Assembly (NCBI GenBank): GCA_013239625.1
Contig: MU054220.1
Location: 9,025,367-9,089,366 of the forward strand
DNA length: 64,000 nt
Reading direction: 5' to 3'
From: Lama guanicoe
Taxonomy: Eukaryota
The notes under the pieces were generated by a model. The model worked only from the letters and a program-made list of their open reading frames with translations, was not told where the DNA came from and did no database searches. This document shows positions 1 to 11,711 of the stretch, piece after piece (position 1 is the stretch's first letter; the number at the start of each line of letters is the position of its first letter). A program made the translations under genes and the position numbers.

Positions 1-184
1 TCTCTGAAGAGACGGTCATTAAGCTAATGCACCTGGATCAAGTGATCTACCCAAAGGGTGTCCTCTATAATTTACCATTTTATTTCAACTGTCAGCCATA
101 TTATATCCTTCCAATGAATTTCCTTACAGACCTACAGATCCTGAGGACCTAATTTACGGTATTCCTAATTTAGTTGTTCTTATA

Positions 185-354
185 CTTGGTACTTGGCTAC
201 CGATGAAAATCACTTGGAGAGTTTTAACACTTTCATCCTCCAGGCTGCATCCCAGACGAATTACAAAATAGTATCTGAAGGCGTGGACCCAAGCATTAAA
301 ATTTTACAACCTCCCCAGATGATTCTAATCTGCAGCCAAGGTTGAGAACCACTG
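185..354 (+). mobile_element. MER5A-like hAT-Charlie DNA transposon (MITE)
   Basis: Ends ...ccccagatgattctaatctgcagccaaggttgagaaccactg, matching the MER5A terminus; the left arm ttggctac..aatcacttggagag is also present. Confidence 0.8.
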
Positions 355-374
355 GCCAAATTTATACAGATAAC

Positions 375-520
375 TACCATGTGCAGAAGCCCTGCTGAGT
401 GCCAAGCCTGTCATCTCACTATTGCCTTACGACAACTTTAGGAGGCAGGTATTGTTCTTGTTTATGATGGGAAAACCAGATCACACAAATGTTAACTAAA
501 TTGTCAGAGACTAAGGCTGA
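375..520 (-). mobile_element. MIR SINE fragment
   Basis: Degenerate reverse MIR core (caactttaggaggcaggtatt...gatgggaaaaccag...gttaactaaattgtc). Confidence 0.55.
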
Positions 521-1997
521 AGATATAATTTATATACTGAACTAGAATGTACTACTTCTAACCATTACCTGAACCAAAAACTAAAGAAAATGGAGTTAAT
601 CAACTTGGAGCTAAATTTACTGTCAGTGGTTCTAATGCTTTAACAGAAGCAAAAATTTGTTTAAAAAATTTTCATGTGAAAAATTAATTTCCACAGATAA
701 AATGATAGATGGAGCAGAGGATAATCATCTGCATGGTGTCCTCTTGCCTCTTGCTGATCTAGGCTGAGGACCCCAGGGTCCCCAGAGATCACAACAGGAA
801 AGACTCTAATCCAAAGCATCTTCAAAAGAGAGGGAGAAAGAGAATCAAAATGGATGACATAGTTCTTATTTGGTAAGAAAGAGCATATCAATTTTCAGAG
901 AGAGAAATGGATCCTATGGTTTCCAAAATCTAAAAGAAATGATATAAAGGTAACAAAAACGTCATTGGGCAATATGACAGGTATTCTTCTGGAGTGACTG
1001 TTCACAATACACAGGGCTGCTTTCGATGGGTTTCTCTTAAGTAACAAGCCTGCACTACTGTGGAGGTGAATCCATGGTGAATTTAACACAATCTACATAT
1101 TAGCCATGCAAACTCCGGAGAGTCTATTCTATAGAGTTTTGGGGTTTTTTTGGTACTCAAGGGCTCTTCAGGATGCTGAACAAATCATGCAGCAATTCAG
1201 TTCTACCAGTGTTTTCAGAAGAAAAAAAAAAAGTCAACCCAAGGGAGCGCATCCAAAACTCTCTTGAGCTTGCTCTATACACGGTTCCTTTCTCTCCTTT
1301 ATTCTGCTCTGCAAATGCTAGCTGTGTCTTGGTCTCCCCAGATTTCTATTCCTGTCTCCTCAATTACACAATACAACTGAGCTCTACCTGGGACCCTACA
1401 CCTGCAGCCTGGAAATGACTCCAGGAAGTAAACCTTATAATCATAGGGGTCATCAAGTTTGTCTCTTTTCTTTTCAAGAATTAAACCCTGCATTGTTGCC
1501 TCATGTCAGGAAACATATACTGCATACATGTGCGACAATGACACAGAGTTTTTAGTTTATTTGTTTTATTTTGGTGAGACTGCAGTTAGAATCATAAGTT
1601 CTGTTTTAGTTTTTTTTTACTTAAATCAAACTATATATTAATTAAGAACATCTTCAATTACCATATAGAGAGGATAAAGTCTACATTACTTCTCTTATAA
1701 TATTCTTACATAATTATAATCACTGAGGAAACTTATTCTAAGTATAGATATGTTGTCAAATATTTTCCTCACATGTAAATTAACTCATGTATCTTAAACA
1801 CAACAACAATAAATCCATGCTTCTCCAGGAGGAGAATTTGTGTTAAATAAATATTTCAGAGTGCTACTGGTGTACAAAAAGATTGAGTTGACCAAGTTTA
1901 TAAAACCTACATAGATCATTTGATTAGGTGATTTTGTTTATTTTTCCTAGGTAGAACCCAAAAAGCCCTAAGTCAGAGAATCTGTTTTGAGAAAAGG

Positions 1998-2064
1998 TCA
2001 TTTAAAGCCAATTGTTCTTTTCAGTGCAACTTTCAAGAACTCCTGAATGAAGAAATTCTGATTT
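1998..2064 (-). pseudogene. Candidate terminal coding exon of the minus-strand gene remnant
   Basis: Acceptor tctcccttcttgcag|A; in phase 2 reads (R)NQNFFIQEFLKVALKRTIGFK*, phase-compatible with the 5922-6027 exon. Confidence 0.25.
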
Positions 2065-2509
2065 CTGCAAGAAGGGAGACTGGTCCACATTTTGGAGTGT
2101 CAACTAGAGGTTGAACACAAATGTGCTCACAAGTATTTAATTTCCTCTCATTACAATATATACAGAAAAATAAAATCATTTTTTAAAAGCTTACGGCTTG
2201 AAAACAAAAAAGATATTTTGCAACTCACAAATGAGATTACTGGGAGCTAAACGTATTTGTAAACGTAGTGAAGAGCACCAATGATGACAACTAAAAATGA
2301 CACCCTCCACCTCGTGGAATTACATGTCCCGGTAGCTTCACCCTCTACATGCATTTACTTGTGACCTCGTATTTCTCTCCCTAGCCTCAGTCTGCTTCAC
2401 TGCTGTGCTTTCCCTGACTTTATCATCAAACTTCTAGCGATCGTAATACGGAGGTGCATTCTACAGAGACAAGAATTTTCTCAACTCTTCCTATGTTGAA
2501 GAATTTAGC

Positions 2510-2700
2510 TGGGCACTTTAAAAATACTGCCAGAAAAGTACTCATAATATCTTTATAAAATAGGTATTAGAACACGTTAAAGATGAGGAAACTGAGGTAT
2601 AGGAAGTTGAGGTCACTTGTATATCACACAGCCTTGAAAGGTGGGAACTGGAACTGTAATTTTACTACTGAATGACGTCTAAGCTCATGCACTATCCACT
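2510..2700 (-). mobile_element. MIR SINE
   Basis: agatgaggaaactgaggtataggaagttgaggtcacttg...tcacacagc is the reverse MIR core. Confidence 0.8.
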
Positions 2701-2778
2701 GCATCAATACTTCTGTAAATACATAATTCTTTATTTGACACATTTATAGAGAAAAACTTACGTATCCTGTGCCTAATT

Positions 2779-2987
2779 CAGAGGTTCTCAACCAAAGGTG
2801 ATTCTGTCCCTTGGGGGTTCTTTGGCCATGTCTGGAGATATTTTTGGTTGTCACAATTGTGATTCGGGGGTCCAGCGGCATCTGGTGGGTAGAGACAAGG
2901 GATGCTAATAAACACATGATATTACATAAGACAGCACACCACAGCAAAGCATACATTAGACGCAAAATGCGGAGTCTGAGAATCCTT
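2779..2987 (+). mobile_element. MER20 hAT-Charlie DNA transposon
   Basis: cagaggttctcaacc...atgtctggagatatttttggttgtcacaa...ggcatctggtgggtagagacaagggatgcta matches the MER20 consensus. Confidence 0.9.
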
Positions 2988-4046
2988 GGTCTAATACTAA
3001 AAGTTGGTTAATGGGATTTCAACCCCCTGTAATATGAAAGTAGTCACAAGAGAAGAAGCCTGATAAGATACATCGTAGTTCTTTAAAACAATCAGAGAGC
3101 AGACGATACAGAGAATCTTAACAAACTAAGTTCTTCAAAATGATCGGCCCTTCCTAAACACAGGGCTGATGTTAGCACTGGGGACAGAGGAGGCAAAAGG
3201 AACAGAAATCTACTACCAGGGGAGAAACACTGGACTTTCCAGAAAATTTTAATGACCACAAGGGGTCCAGAATGATGGATTAGATTCCCAAAGCCTTGCA
3301 CACTGTGAATCCACACCCAGGGCTCAACTGTTTCACACAGGTCTTCACCATGTATGTGTGGGGAATATGCTTCAGTTTGAAGAGAGAACAGAAGAGGTAA
3401 GAGAAATCCCCCCAGAGCCCTCCAGGGCTTCATGAGAGCAAGGAAGTGGCTGCCAAAGCCATGGGTGTGGCAGGAAATCTGAGAGCAAACCCCCTGAGGA
3501 AGTCCAGTCTTCACGATGTACACTGGAGGGGCACGCAGGGCTGGAGACATGAAGAGATACAAAGATACCATCAAGCTCAGAACGCCAGAGTCTGGATTGA
3601 AGGGGCTGGACGCTGCCCTTGTAACATCTCAAGCCTGTGATAAATCAAACCTAAATAAAGCTGTAACATGCACAACCCAGACCCAACCAGAGCACAAATT
3701 AGTGGTCCGACAGAGAAGGAATGTGTCCTTTTCCAGAGATAAATACCTTTTACTTTTGTCTCTACCAACACTTACGTACAAAACAGGGGGCAACAATGAA
3801 CAATTTGAGGCATGTGAAAGCCAGAGAATGTGATTTGTGTTCAAGAAAGGAGAGAGTAATTAGAGTAGAATGAATATTTGAAAGATCATGACTGAAAATT
3901 TTCCTAAATTAATGAAAGATCACAGTCCATATATCTAATCAGAATAAATCCACAAACTACTGAGAAAAATTAAAAATGAAGAAAAACCTAGAGTATACAG
4001 TGGCAAAAGACATGTTATACACAGGAAAATAGCAAAAGGAAGGTAT

Positions 4047-4577
4047 GTCAACAAACAGATGACGGCCATGGTCCCTGTGTTATTCACACACTAACCCCCT
4101 CCCCTTGAGTGTGGGCAGGGTCTGTACTGCACTTTTAACCAGCAGACCATGAAGAGGACAACAGGATATATGTGAATACGTGGGTGTGATTAGGTTACAA
4201 TCTTTGTACTGCTAGGAGCTGTTTAGAGAAAGAGGCAGGCATGTTGAGATCACACATTAAGAAACTGAGGGCAGCATCCAGGCAGCAGCCAGCAAAAGTC
4301 TGACTGAGACCCTCAGTCTCACAGTGAACAAGGAACTGAACACTTCCCACAGCCTCATAAGCTTGGACGTGGCTCCGTCCCCCGCTGAACCTCAGATGAG
4401 ACCTCAGTCACGGCAGATACCTTGCTGGTGGTTTTGAGAGAGACACTCAAGCACAGGATCCCAACCAAGCCCTGCCTGGACTCCTAACCCACAGACAGTG
4501 CAAGACAACAATCTGCGTTGTTCTAAGCCGCTAAGTGTGCAGTGATGTTGTTAACGCAGCAGGAGATTACTAATACA
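4047..4577 (+). mobile_element. MaLR solo LTR (MLT1E/F-like)
   Basis: cccttgagtgtgggcagg..., caaggaactgaa..., cctcagatgaga..., and the end tgttctaagccgctaagt...gcagcaggagattactaataca are MLT1 hallmarks. Confidence 0.85.
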
Positions 4578-4912
4578 GAAAGATAACTTGGTTCTCCTAG
4601 GAAAAAATGAAGGAAAGACCATAATGGAACAATATCATTAAAGTGCTTAAAAACAAACAAACAAACAACACTTGTCAACCTAGATTGCTAAAACTATCAT
4701 TTATACCTTCAAATAGGAGAAAAATGACATTTTCAGACAACCAAAAATCGATTGAATTATCTTAAACAAAACTATACTATGAGAAATCCTAGTTGTTCAG
4801 ACAACAGGAAATAACACGACACAATACTGTCCCTCAAGGAAGAAATGACGAGCACGAGAAAGAGACTATATGGGTGGATATGAAAGATTTCTTTTAACTG
4901 TACATAGATGCT

Positions 4913-4940
<28 letters not shown>
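4913..4940. repeat. (TG)14 microsatellite
   Basis: Directly visible. Confidence 0.95.
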
Positions 4941-4944
<4 letters not shown>

Positions 4945-5149
4945 AGTACTGACAACACAAAGTAAAGAGAATCATAAAATCTCACTGTGGGATTCATAAT
5001 ATATGAGAATAAAAGTCAAATGGTAGGAGGTAGTATATGGAATCAAAAAGTTCTAAGATGCAGAATGTTTACGAAATACTACAATATTATTTGAGGGCAA
5101 ACTATGATAACTAGAAGATGTTTACTGTAATGTCTGGAGGTGCACAGAC

Positions 5150-5228
5150 AAACATGGTAGCTAGTAGCCATATGGGCTATTTAAAGGTAAATTTAAATTA
5201 ATTAAAACTTAAAATAATTAAGAATTTA
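5150..5228 (+). mobile_element. MER33/MER3-like hAT fragment
   Basis: atggtagctagtagccatatgggctatttaaa...aaatttaaattaattaaaa. Confidence 0.65.
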
Positions 5229-5921
5229 TCCATACTACTGAAAAATAAAAAGAAACAAAAAATGAATACATATAAAACCATATATGAATATGTACATAAA
5301 TATAAAAATATATAAATCTTTATCAAATTATATAAACAATGAAATTATATTGAGTAAAAGAAACCTGGCATAAAAGATAAAATGTTGCATGTCATTTATA
5401 TGAGGTTCCAAGATAGGAAAAATTCATATACAGTCATAGAAATCTAAAAGTATCTGCCTTTAAAACAAAATCTCTATTTTGTTGTATGTAAATTGTGTAC
5501 TACTTTCAAAAAAAGAAAAAAATTATCAATAAAAATTTATTAGCAGAAAAATGTCTCAAACATTTTTCCTTTAATTCCCTGAAACTTTCTGCAATTCAAT
5601 ATATTCAAAAACAGCACAAGACTCATTCTTTGTCCTAAAAATAACTAGAAATAGGAATATTTTTGCAACTGAATTTAGAACTCCTCCACATTCTTCAAGG
5701 GTGACAACTTGTGATGTTCTTGTTACAGGTATCCTAAAATATTCTTGTGATAGGGAAAAATTGAACAGATGATTTCTAACCCTATGTAAGATTTTGTACG
5801 TGCTTTGTATCTGCTGTATTTCAGCTTTGTTTTGGTGATTTGATAATTTTAATCCAAGGTGGGGGAAAGATAATAATAATCATACTGGGATTAAAACAAA
5901 CCAAACATAGTTAATGTTTAC

Positions 5922-6027
5922 CTGTATAATAACACGGTGTGCAAATATCCAAATGTGATTGCCCTGAAAGTACTATCATTCACTTTTTGCACTATGATGG
6001 CTTCAAAATGCTTAATACTTGGAACAC
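5922..6027 (-). pseudogene. Candidate internal exon (106 nt) of the minus-strand gene remnant
   Basis: Acceptor attctttcaag|GT and donor ACAG|gtaaac; open in one frame only: VPSIKHFEAIIVQKVNDSTFRAITFGYLHTVLLY. Confidence 0.35.
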
Positions 6028-6462
6028 CTTGAAAGAATGTTTTGAAATGTGTTAAAGTGAAATATGAATTGTTCTTAAAATTACTGTGTGCTTCTTTGCA
6101 TAGCTGCAAAGGCATAAAATATATTGATACCATATTACAAATAAGCATTCAATATGGGTAACGAATGACGTTAGGTTCCATGTCACTTTAATAAAATAAC
6201 AATGAAAATATTGGGTTTTTTTTATCTTCTGGAAAACTGATCCATATAAGTGAGAACACAGCATGCTCTCAACTCATTCAAATATGTGCCTTCCAATTAC
6301 TATTCACCAATCTCCATCCAAGTTCAATGCATTAGACCATCACAATTAAAAACCTCACCCTAAAACTTAATGCCTTCCACCAAGCTCTCAAACTAAAACC
6401 AAAACCAAAACCAAAATGGCAGCTTTCGGCAGTTTCCTGTGAAGAAAAGAAAGAATACGTGT

Positions 6463-6770
6463 TTGAGAAAGAAGCCAGGCACAAAAGAGCACATCTTGTA
6501 TGATTCCATTTTTGGAGACTGTAAAAGGTAAATCCATGGAGACAGAAAATAGATTAGCAGCTGGGGGCAGGGGTAAAGAGGGGTAAGGATTACCTTAAAC
6601 AGATATGAGCGATCTTAGTAGGATTATGAAAATATTCTAAAACTGGATTATGGTAACGATTTTGCAACTTGGTAACTTTTTAAAAAAGATCACTTAACTA
6701 TACACTTAAAATGGGTAAATTGTATGAAATGTAATCACACTTCAATAAAATATAATTTTTTAAAAAAACT
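6463..6770 (+). mobile_element. Old L1 (L1MB/MC-like) 3' end
   Basis: gaaagaagccaggcacaaaagagcacat..tgtatgattccattt...atattctaaaactggattatggt...tatacacttaaaatgggtaaattgtatg...tcaataaa. Confidence 0.8.
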
Positions 6771-7230
6771 ATGTTTAAGTAGTGAAATTAACCAGCATTT
6801 CTCTAAATTGGGCTCTAGTTCCTCACACATCCAGATGTTGACACAAATGAGGGAGAGAGAAAAAAAAAAAAAAAAACAGTTACCACCATAAAAGAACACA
6901 TATTATTTCTGGCTGTTAAGAGATTAACACATTTTGACAATTAAGTTAAAATAGATATTTACAGAGAGTTAAATATGAAACCCTGTCTCTCTCACTAAAA
7001 GCACTTCAAACTGGATGTTCAGAATGCTCTCTGAGATCTAAATGGGGAGGCGCTCATCAGTAATGTTTCCATGTACTGTTTTTCCTTCACAAGTTAGACA
7101 CACTGTGTTTCTCAACTTGAGAGAAGCAAGATGATGTGAAATGCCTGCTTTCCCTCACTAACTATACATAGTTAGGATTTCAAGTCAATAAATACAACAC
7201 AATAAAATAAAAATACTTAGTTCAGCTAAT

Positions 7231-7495
7231 CAGGATTTCTTGATTCAGCAGCATGTTGAGAGATTTCAGCCCCAATTAATTTTTTTTGTGGGGGGAGGTA
7301 ATTAAGGTTTACCTATTTATGTATTACTTTTGGTAGAGGTACCAGGGATTGAGCTCGGGACCTCGTGCATGCTAGGTATGCACTCTACCACTGAGCTATA
7401 CCCTCCCGCCACCCAATTACTCTTCATTGTAGGGGCTGTCCTGTGAAGTGCAGCATGTTCAGTAACATCCTTGGGTTCTACCCACTAAATGATAA
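7231..7495 (-). mobile_element. MER20, split by a Vic-1 SINE insertion
   Basis: caggatttct...|...ttgtaggggctgtcctgtgaagtgcagcatgttcagtaacatccttgggttctacccactaaatg is reverse MER20. Confidence 0.75.
7279..7411 (-). mobile_element. Camelid Vic-1-type tRNA-Ala-derived SINE with 8-bp TSD
   Basis: Reverse strand reads gggagggtatagctcagtggtagagtgcatacctagcatgcacgaggtcccgagctcaatccctggtacctc...taattacctcccccc plus A tail; cccaatta at 7271-7278 and 7412-7419. Confidence 0.9.
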
Positions 7496-8970
7496 TAATT
7501 AGAAGGATGCATCCAGAAAGATAATCTTAATGAAAAAAAATTTAATTATAGTGCATATGTTGCATGTAGGTGTTGAGTAATTCATAACACTTTCAGGATG
7601 TGGTCTATATTTAGATAAGGCGGGGAATAAGATATATAAGGAGTTAAAGGGAGGGTTTAACTGTATTAGCAGGGTTGTAATAAAGAAAAATAAGAGACCT
7701 ACAACAAATAAAATACAAATGTTTACAAACTGGGTGATGGGGACATTTGTTTGGGTTCAGTTAAATTCCAGTAATTTCCCATACATTCGATTATCTATCT
7801 ACTTATCTGTATCTGTTTATGTATATTAGCATATAAAGATTAATAAATTGAGATTCACAGTATCAGCTGCCATATGACAGAGTCCTGGAAGATTCTGAGG
7901 TATTTCTATTCTCCACCTCTGCTTCAGAATCAGGAAGAGGAGCAGTCACAAAATGAAACTGCATCCCTAGAAACTGTAAGGGTCCTGTGTATAACAATTT
8001 TGGTATTTCACTAGCATCTCAACATAGCTTAGTTTCTAAAATAATAGCAATGACTCACAACATAACTACCATGGAGGACTGTTTAAAAATGCATGTTTAA
8101 AACATAATTCATTTCAAAAATTAGGGACTAATGATTCTTACTGTTGACACAGACTTACATGACAGTCAAGGTACAAGCAAATAATTATCTTCATTTTCTG
8201 CAAAAAGGGCACAAAACTCCTAGAGGATATTGTGATAATCCATCGTTTTTACTATTATGTAGTTTGGTGCCATAGAAATGGAAAAAGTTAGGTTACCAAA
8301 TTACATTCCTTCCAACAAAAATAACTCCATATGGTAAAACAGTTTTCTATTGGTAGTTACTCCTGCCCCCAGAAATTAGCACAACAAAGGGTTTATATTA
8401 AAATAGAGATAATGGAATCCCAGATTTTTTTCCTTTTAATTTTATAGTTGAAAAACACCTTAGAGGTTGTTTGGCTCTTTTTTAATAGATGTGGAAAATG
8501 AGATTCAGAAAGTTCAAGTTATTTCCTTCTCCAGGGTCACCCTGTGAGTTGGTCGCATAGTTAAGTCTAGCACTCATATCTTCACACTTCTGTGTTCTTT
8601 CCACACTGCCAAAGTGAATCCCTGCCATATTAGCTTTCTATTTTATAAAAGGGAATATTTTACCACACAAAATGATAGCTTAGTCATTAACTACATGTCT
8701 AATGTACATTTCAGAATGCATTTAGAATATCAATGTCATTATTAAAAAAAGGCCTTCATTGCAGCTTAAGCTTTCATATTTTTTCCCCATTTAGTTCATA
8801 ATCATAATTCTTAAGAGGAAAAAAATCAAGTTTAGTCAGCAACTTGTAACCAATGCAAACTCCATGACATTATCAATATGACAGCCTCAAGGTCAAAAGA
8901 CTAGATCATCTCTACATCAGTCAATTCCCGGTAACTCAAAGATGTCAATCACTGGAACGAATCAGCTAAC

Positions 8971-9017
8971 CTATCTCCCAAGAAGAACTCTGACTGATTT
9001 AATGTTCCCAACATCTG
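8971..9017 (-). other. Possible mini-exon
   Basis: Long pyrimidine tract cctctccctttattttcctttgttgacag|CAG (NAGNAG) and donor AG|gttagc; phase 0 reads QMLGTLNQSEFFLGD. Confidence 0.2.
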
Positions 9018-9738
9018 CTGTCAACAAAGGAAAATAAAGGGAGAGGAGATTCGATTTGTATCCTTCCATTCTAAGGCGTTCAAAACAAACACGAGAATAA
9101 ATACACTGTTTATTCTCTGTAAACTGATGGCATTTCTCTGTTTGCTTTTATCTGGTGTTTCATTTAGCTCAACAAATTTAACTTTCTTCTTTATCTCTTT
9201 CTTTGAGGCTTGGTTCTATCCCCAGTAATTCCATTGAAAAAATGAAAATAAAAAAAAAAAACCTACCATCTTAATTATTTTTTAAGTTCAGTTTAACCAT
9301 ATTAACACTGTTGAGAAATCATTTGTACAGATATCTCTTTAGGATAGAAGTGAGATTGCTGGTTCAACACAGCCACTTTTAGAGTGTTAATTTTTACTCT
9401 ATTTGGGGGGGGGGGATTCTTGTCCATAAATACAGCCTCCATAAAGATCATCTATGTCTTCTCACAGAACGCTAAATGGATTCTTTCAGGTTGAATATTC
9501 TTGGTTCTCATTCTTTCTCTCTCGCTCTCTCTCTATTTTTTAAATTAAAAGCTACTGAGCAAATTTTCAAGTTGCACCAACCAAATCATAAAAACAAATT
9601 GACTTTTCCTTCACTCACTCTCATGGGATTAACAAAGAACTTGATGCTGAAAGACTGTATAAGCAGCTCTTCTGTGCCCTTCTTATTTGTCTTTTTCTGT
9701 TCCCCTTATACTTTAATTTTTAAAATGAGACCACTAGG

Positions 9739-11279
9739 TTTTTTTTTTAATTTTAAAAAAATTTTTGATTGAAGTATAGTCAGTTTACAATGTTGTGTCA
9801 ATTCCTGGTGTACAGTATAATGTTTCAGTCATACATATACATATATTTGTTTTTGGATTCTTTTTCATTATAGGTTACTACAAGACACTGAATATAGTTC
9901 CTTGTGCCATACAATATAAACTTGTTATTTATTTATTTTATATGTAGTAGTTATATCTGCAAATCTCGAACTCCCAAATTTATCCCTTCCCGCCCCTTTC
10001 CCCCATAACCATGTTTGTTTTCTATGTCTGTGAGCCTGTTTCCATCTTGTAAATAAGTTCATTTTTGTTTTTTGGGTTTTTTTTAGATTTCACATGTAAG
10101 TTCTATCATATGGTATTTTCCTTTCTCTTTCTGGGTTAGTTCACTTAGAATGATGATCTCTAAGTCAATCCATGTTGCAGCAAATGGCATCATTCTTTTT
10201 ATGGCTGAGTAGTACTCCATTGTTTAGTATTCCATTGTATATATATACAATATACATAGTGGACTTCTTTATCCAATCATTTGTTGATGGACATTTAGGT
10301 TGCTTCCATGTCTTGGCTGTTGTAAACAGTACTGCTGTGAACACTGGAGTGCATGTATCTTTTTGAACACTTGTTCCCTCCAGATATATGCCCAGGAGTG
10401 GGACTGCTGGATCATATGGTAAGTCTATTTTCAGTCTCTTGAGGAATCTCCATACTGTTTTCCATAATGGCTGCACCAAACTACATTCCCAACAAACAGT
10501 ACAGGAGGGCTCCATTTTCTCTGCAACCTCTGCAGATTTTTTAATGATGACCATTCTGACTGGTGTATGGTGATATCTCATTGTAGTTTTGATTTGCATT
10601 TCTCTGATAATTAAAGATATTGAGAATTTTTTTTTATGTGTCTATTGGCCATTTGTATGTCTTCACTGGAGAACTGCTTGTTTAGGTCTTCTGCCCATTT
10701 TTGGATGGGTTGTTTGTGCTTTTTTGTTGTCATTGTTATTAAGTTGTATGAGCTGTCTGTATATTCCGGAAATTAAACCCTTGTCAGTCACATCATTTGA
10801 AAATATTTTTTTTCCACTCCACGGGTTATCTTTTTGTTTTGTTTATAGTTTCCTTCGCTTTGCAAAAGCTTATAAGTTTAATTAGGTCCCATTTGTTAAT
10901 TTTTGCTTTTATTTCTGTTGCCTGGGAAGATTGCCCTAGGAGAACATTGCTAAAATTTATGTAGAGAATGTTTTGCCTATGTTTTCCTCTAGGCTTACAG
11001 TGTCTTGTCTGATATTTAAGTCTTTAAGCTATTTTGAGTTTATTTTTGTATATGGTGTGAGAGGGGGTTCTAACTTCATTGACTTACACGTAGCTGTCCA
11101 ACCTTCCCAACCCCACTTGCTGAAGAGGCTGTCTTTTCTCCATTGTACATCTGTGCCTCCTTTATGGAAGAGTAATTGACCATAAATGGGTGGGTTTATT
11201 TCTAGGCACTCTATTCTGTTCCATTGATCCATATGTCTGTTTTTGTGCCAATACCACACTGTTTTGATTACTGTTGCTC
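9739..11279 (-). mobile_element. Relatively young 5'-truncated L1 (artiodactyl/camelid type): ORF2 C-terminus, 3'UTR and poly(A)
   Basis: ORFs 10165-10599 (QIKTTMRYHHTPVRM...LVQPLWKTVWRFLK..LPYDPAVPLLGIY...KTWKQPKCPS) and 11029-11292 ([23 protein letters not shown]) are L1 ORF2; T-rich tail followed by ttgaagtatagtcagtttacaatgttgtgt. Confidence 0.95.
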
Positions 11280-11711
11280 TGAATATACACAATGCTTTGC
11301 CTAACCATTTGATTCCCTTCCTGCATTAAAAGGAATAATAATGAAAAATTAAGTAGTTAAAGAATGACTGACTTTCTGTCCCTAGCTTCCCCCTTAGCAA
11401 ATCTGCAGGTGGACCATGTAGGCAAGAGATCATCCAAAGGAAGATCATAGGTCAGCAGGCCAGCATGCATTGAAAAAATGACGGGGAATCATCTGATCAC
11501 CTATCTTAGTAACTAACTGAGGTTGTTTCTACTTTTCCCATTTAAAAACTGTCATGACCGAGCAGGATCTTCAGAGTTGGTCTTCGGACATTAATCCACC
11601 TTCTCCCTAGATTGCTGGGCTTGCTAATTAAAGCAACTTTCCTTTCTACCAACAATTGCCTCTCGAATATTGGCTTTGAGTGGTGAGGAACCAAACCTAA
11701 GTTTGGCGACA
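11280..11711 (+). mobile_element. ERV1-type solo LTR (same family as 27327-27728)
   Basis: TG...CA ends; TATA-like tttaaaaa and AATTAAA; colinear with the 27.3 kb copy (e.g. gagttgg..ggac....tccaccttct, gaatattggcttt.gagtgg). Confidence 0.75.

Larger units (their letters stand above)
3850..5135 (+). mobile_element. Ancient L1 (L1M-type) ORF1-region remnant, interrupted by an MLT1 LTR
   Basis: atatttgaaagatcatgactgaaaattttcctaaattaatgaaaga and tggaacaatatcattaaagtgct...tgtcaacctagatt...acattttcagacaa are L1 ORF1 motifs; the 5' part may extend to about 3200. Confidence 0.65.

Noticed and set aside
1299..1493. Minus-strand ORF GLILEKKRDKLDDPYDYK... as an exon
   Set aside because: No pyrimidine tract at the putative acceptor and no good donor.
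3092..3844. 160-aa and several overlapping ORFs
   Set aside because: No recognisable domain or splice context; they lie in probable decayed L1 5' sequence.
10165..11292. ORFs with reverse-transcriptase-element similarity
   Set aside because: Fragmented C-terminus of a 5'-truncated L1 ORF2; not a host gene or an active element.
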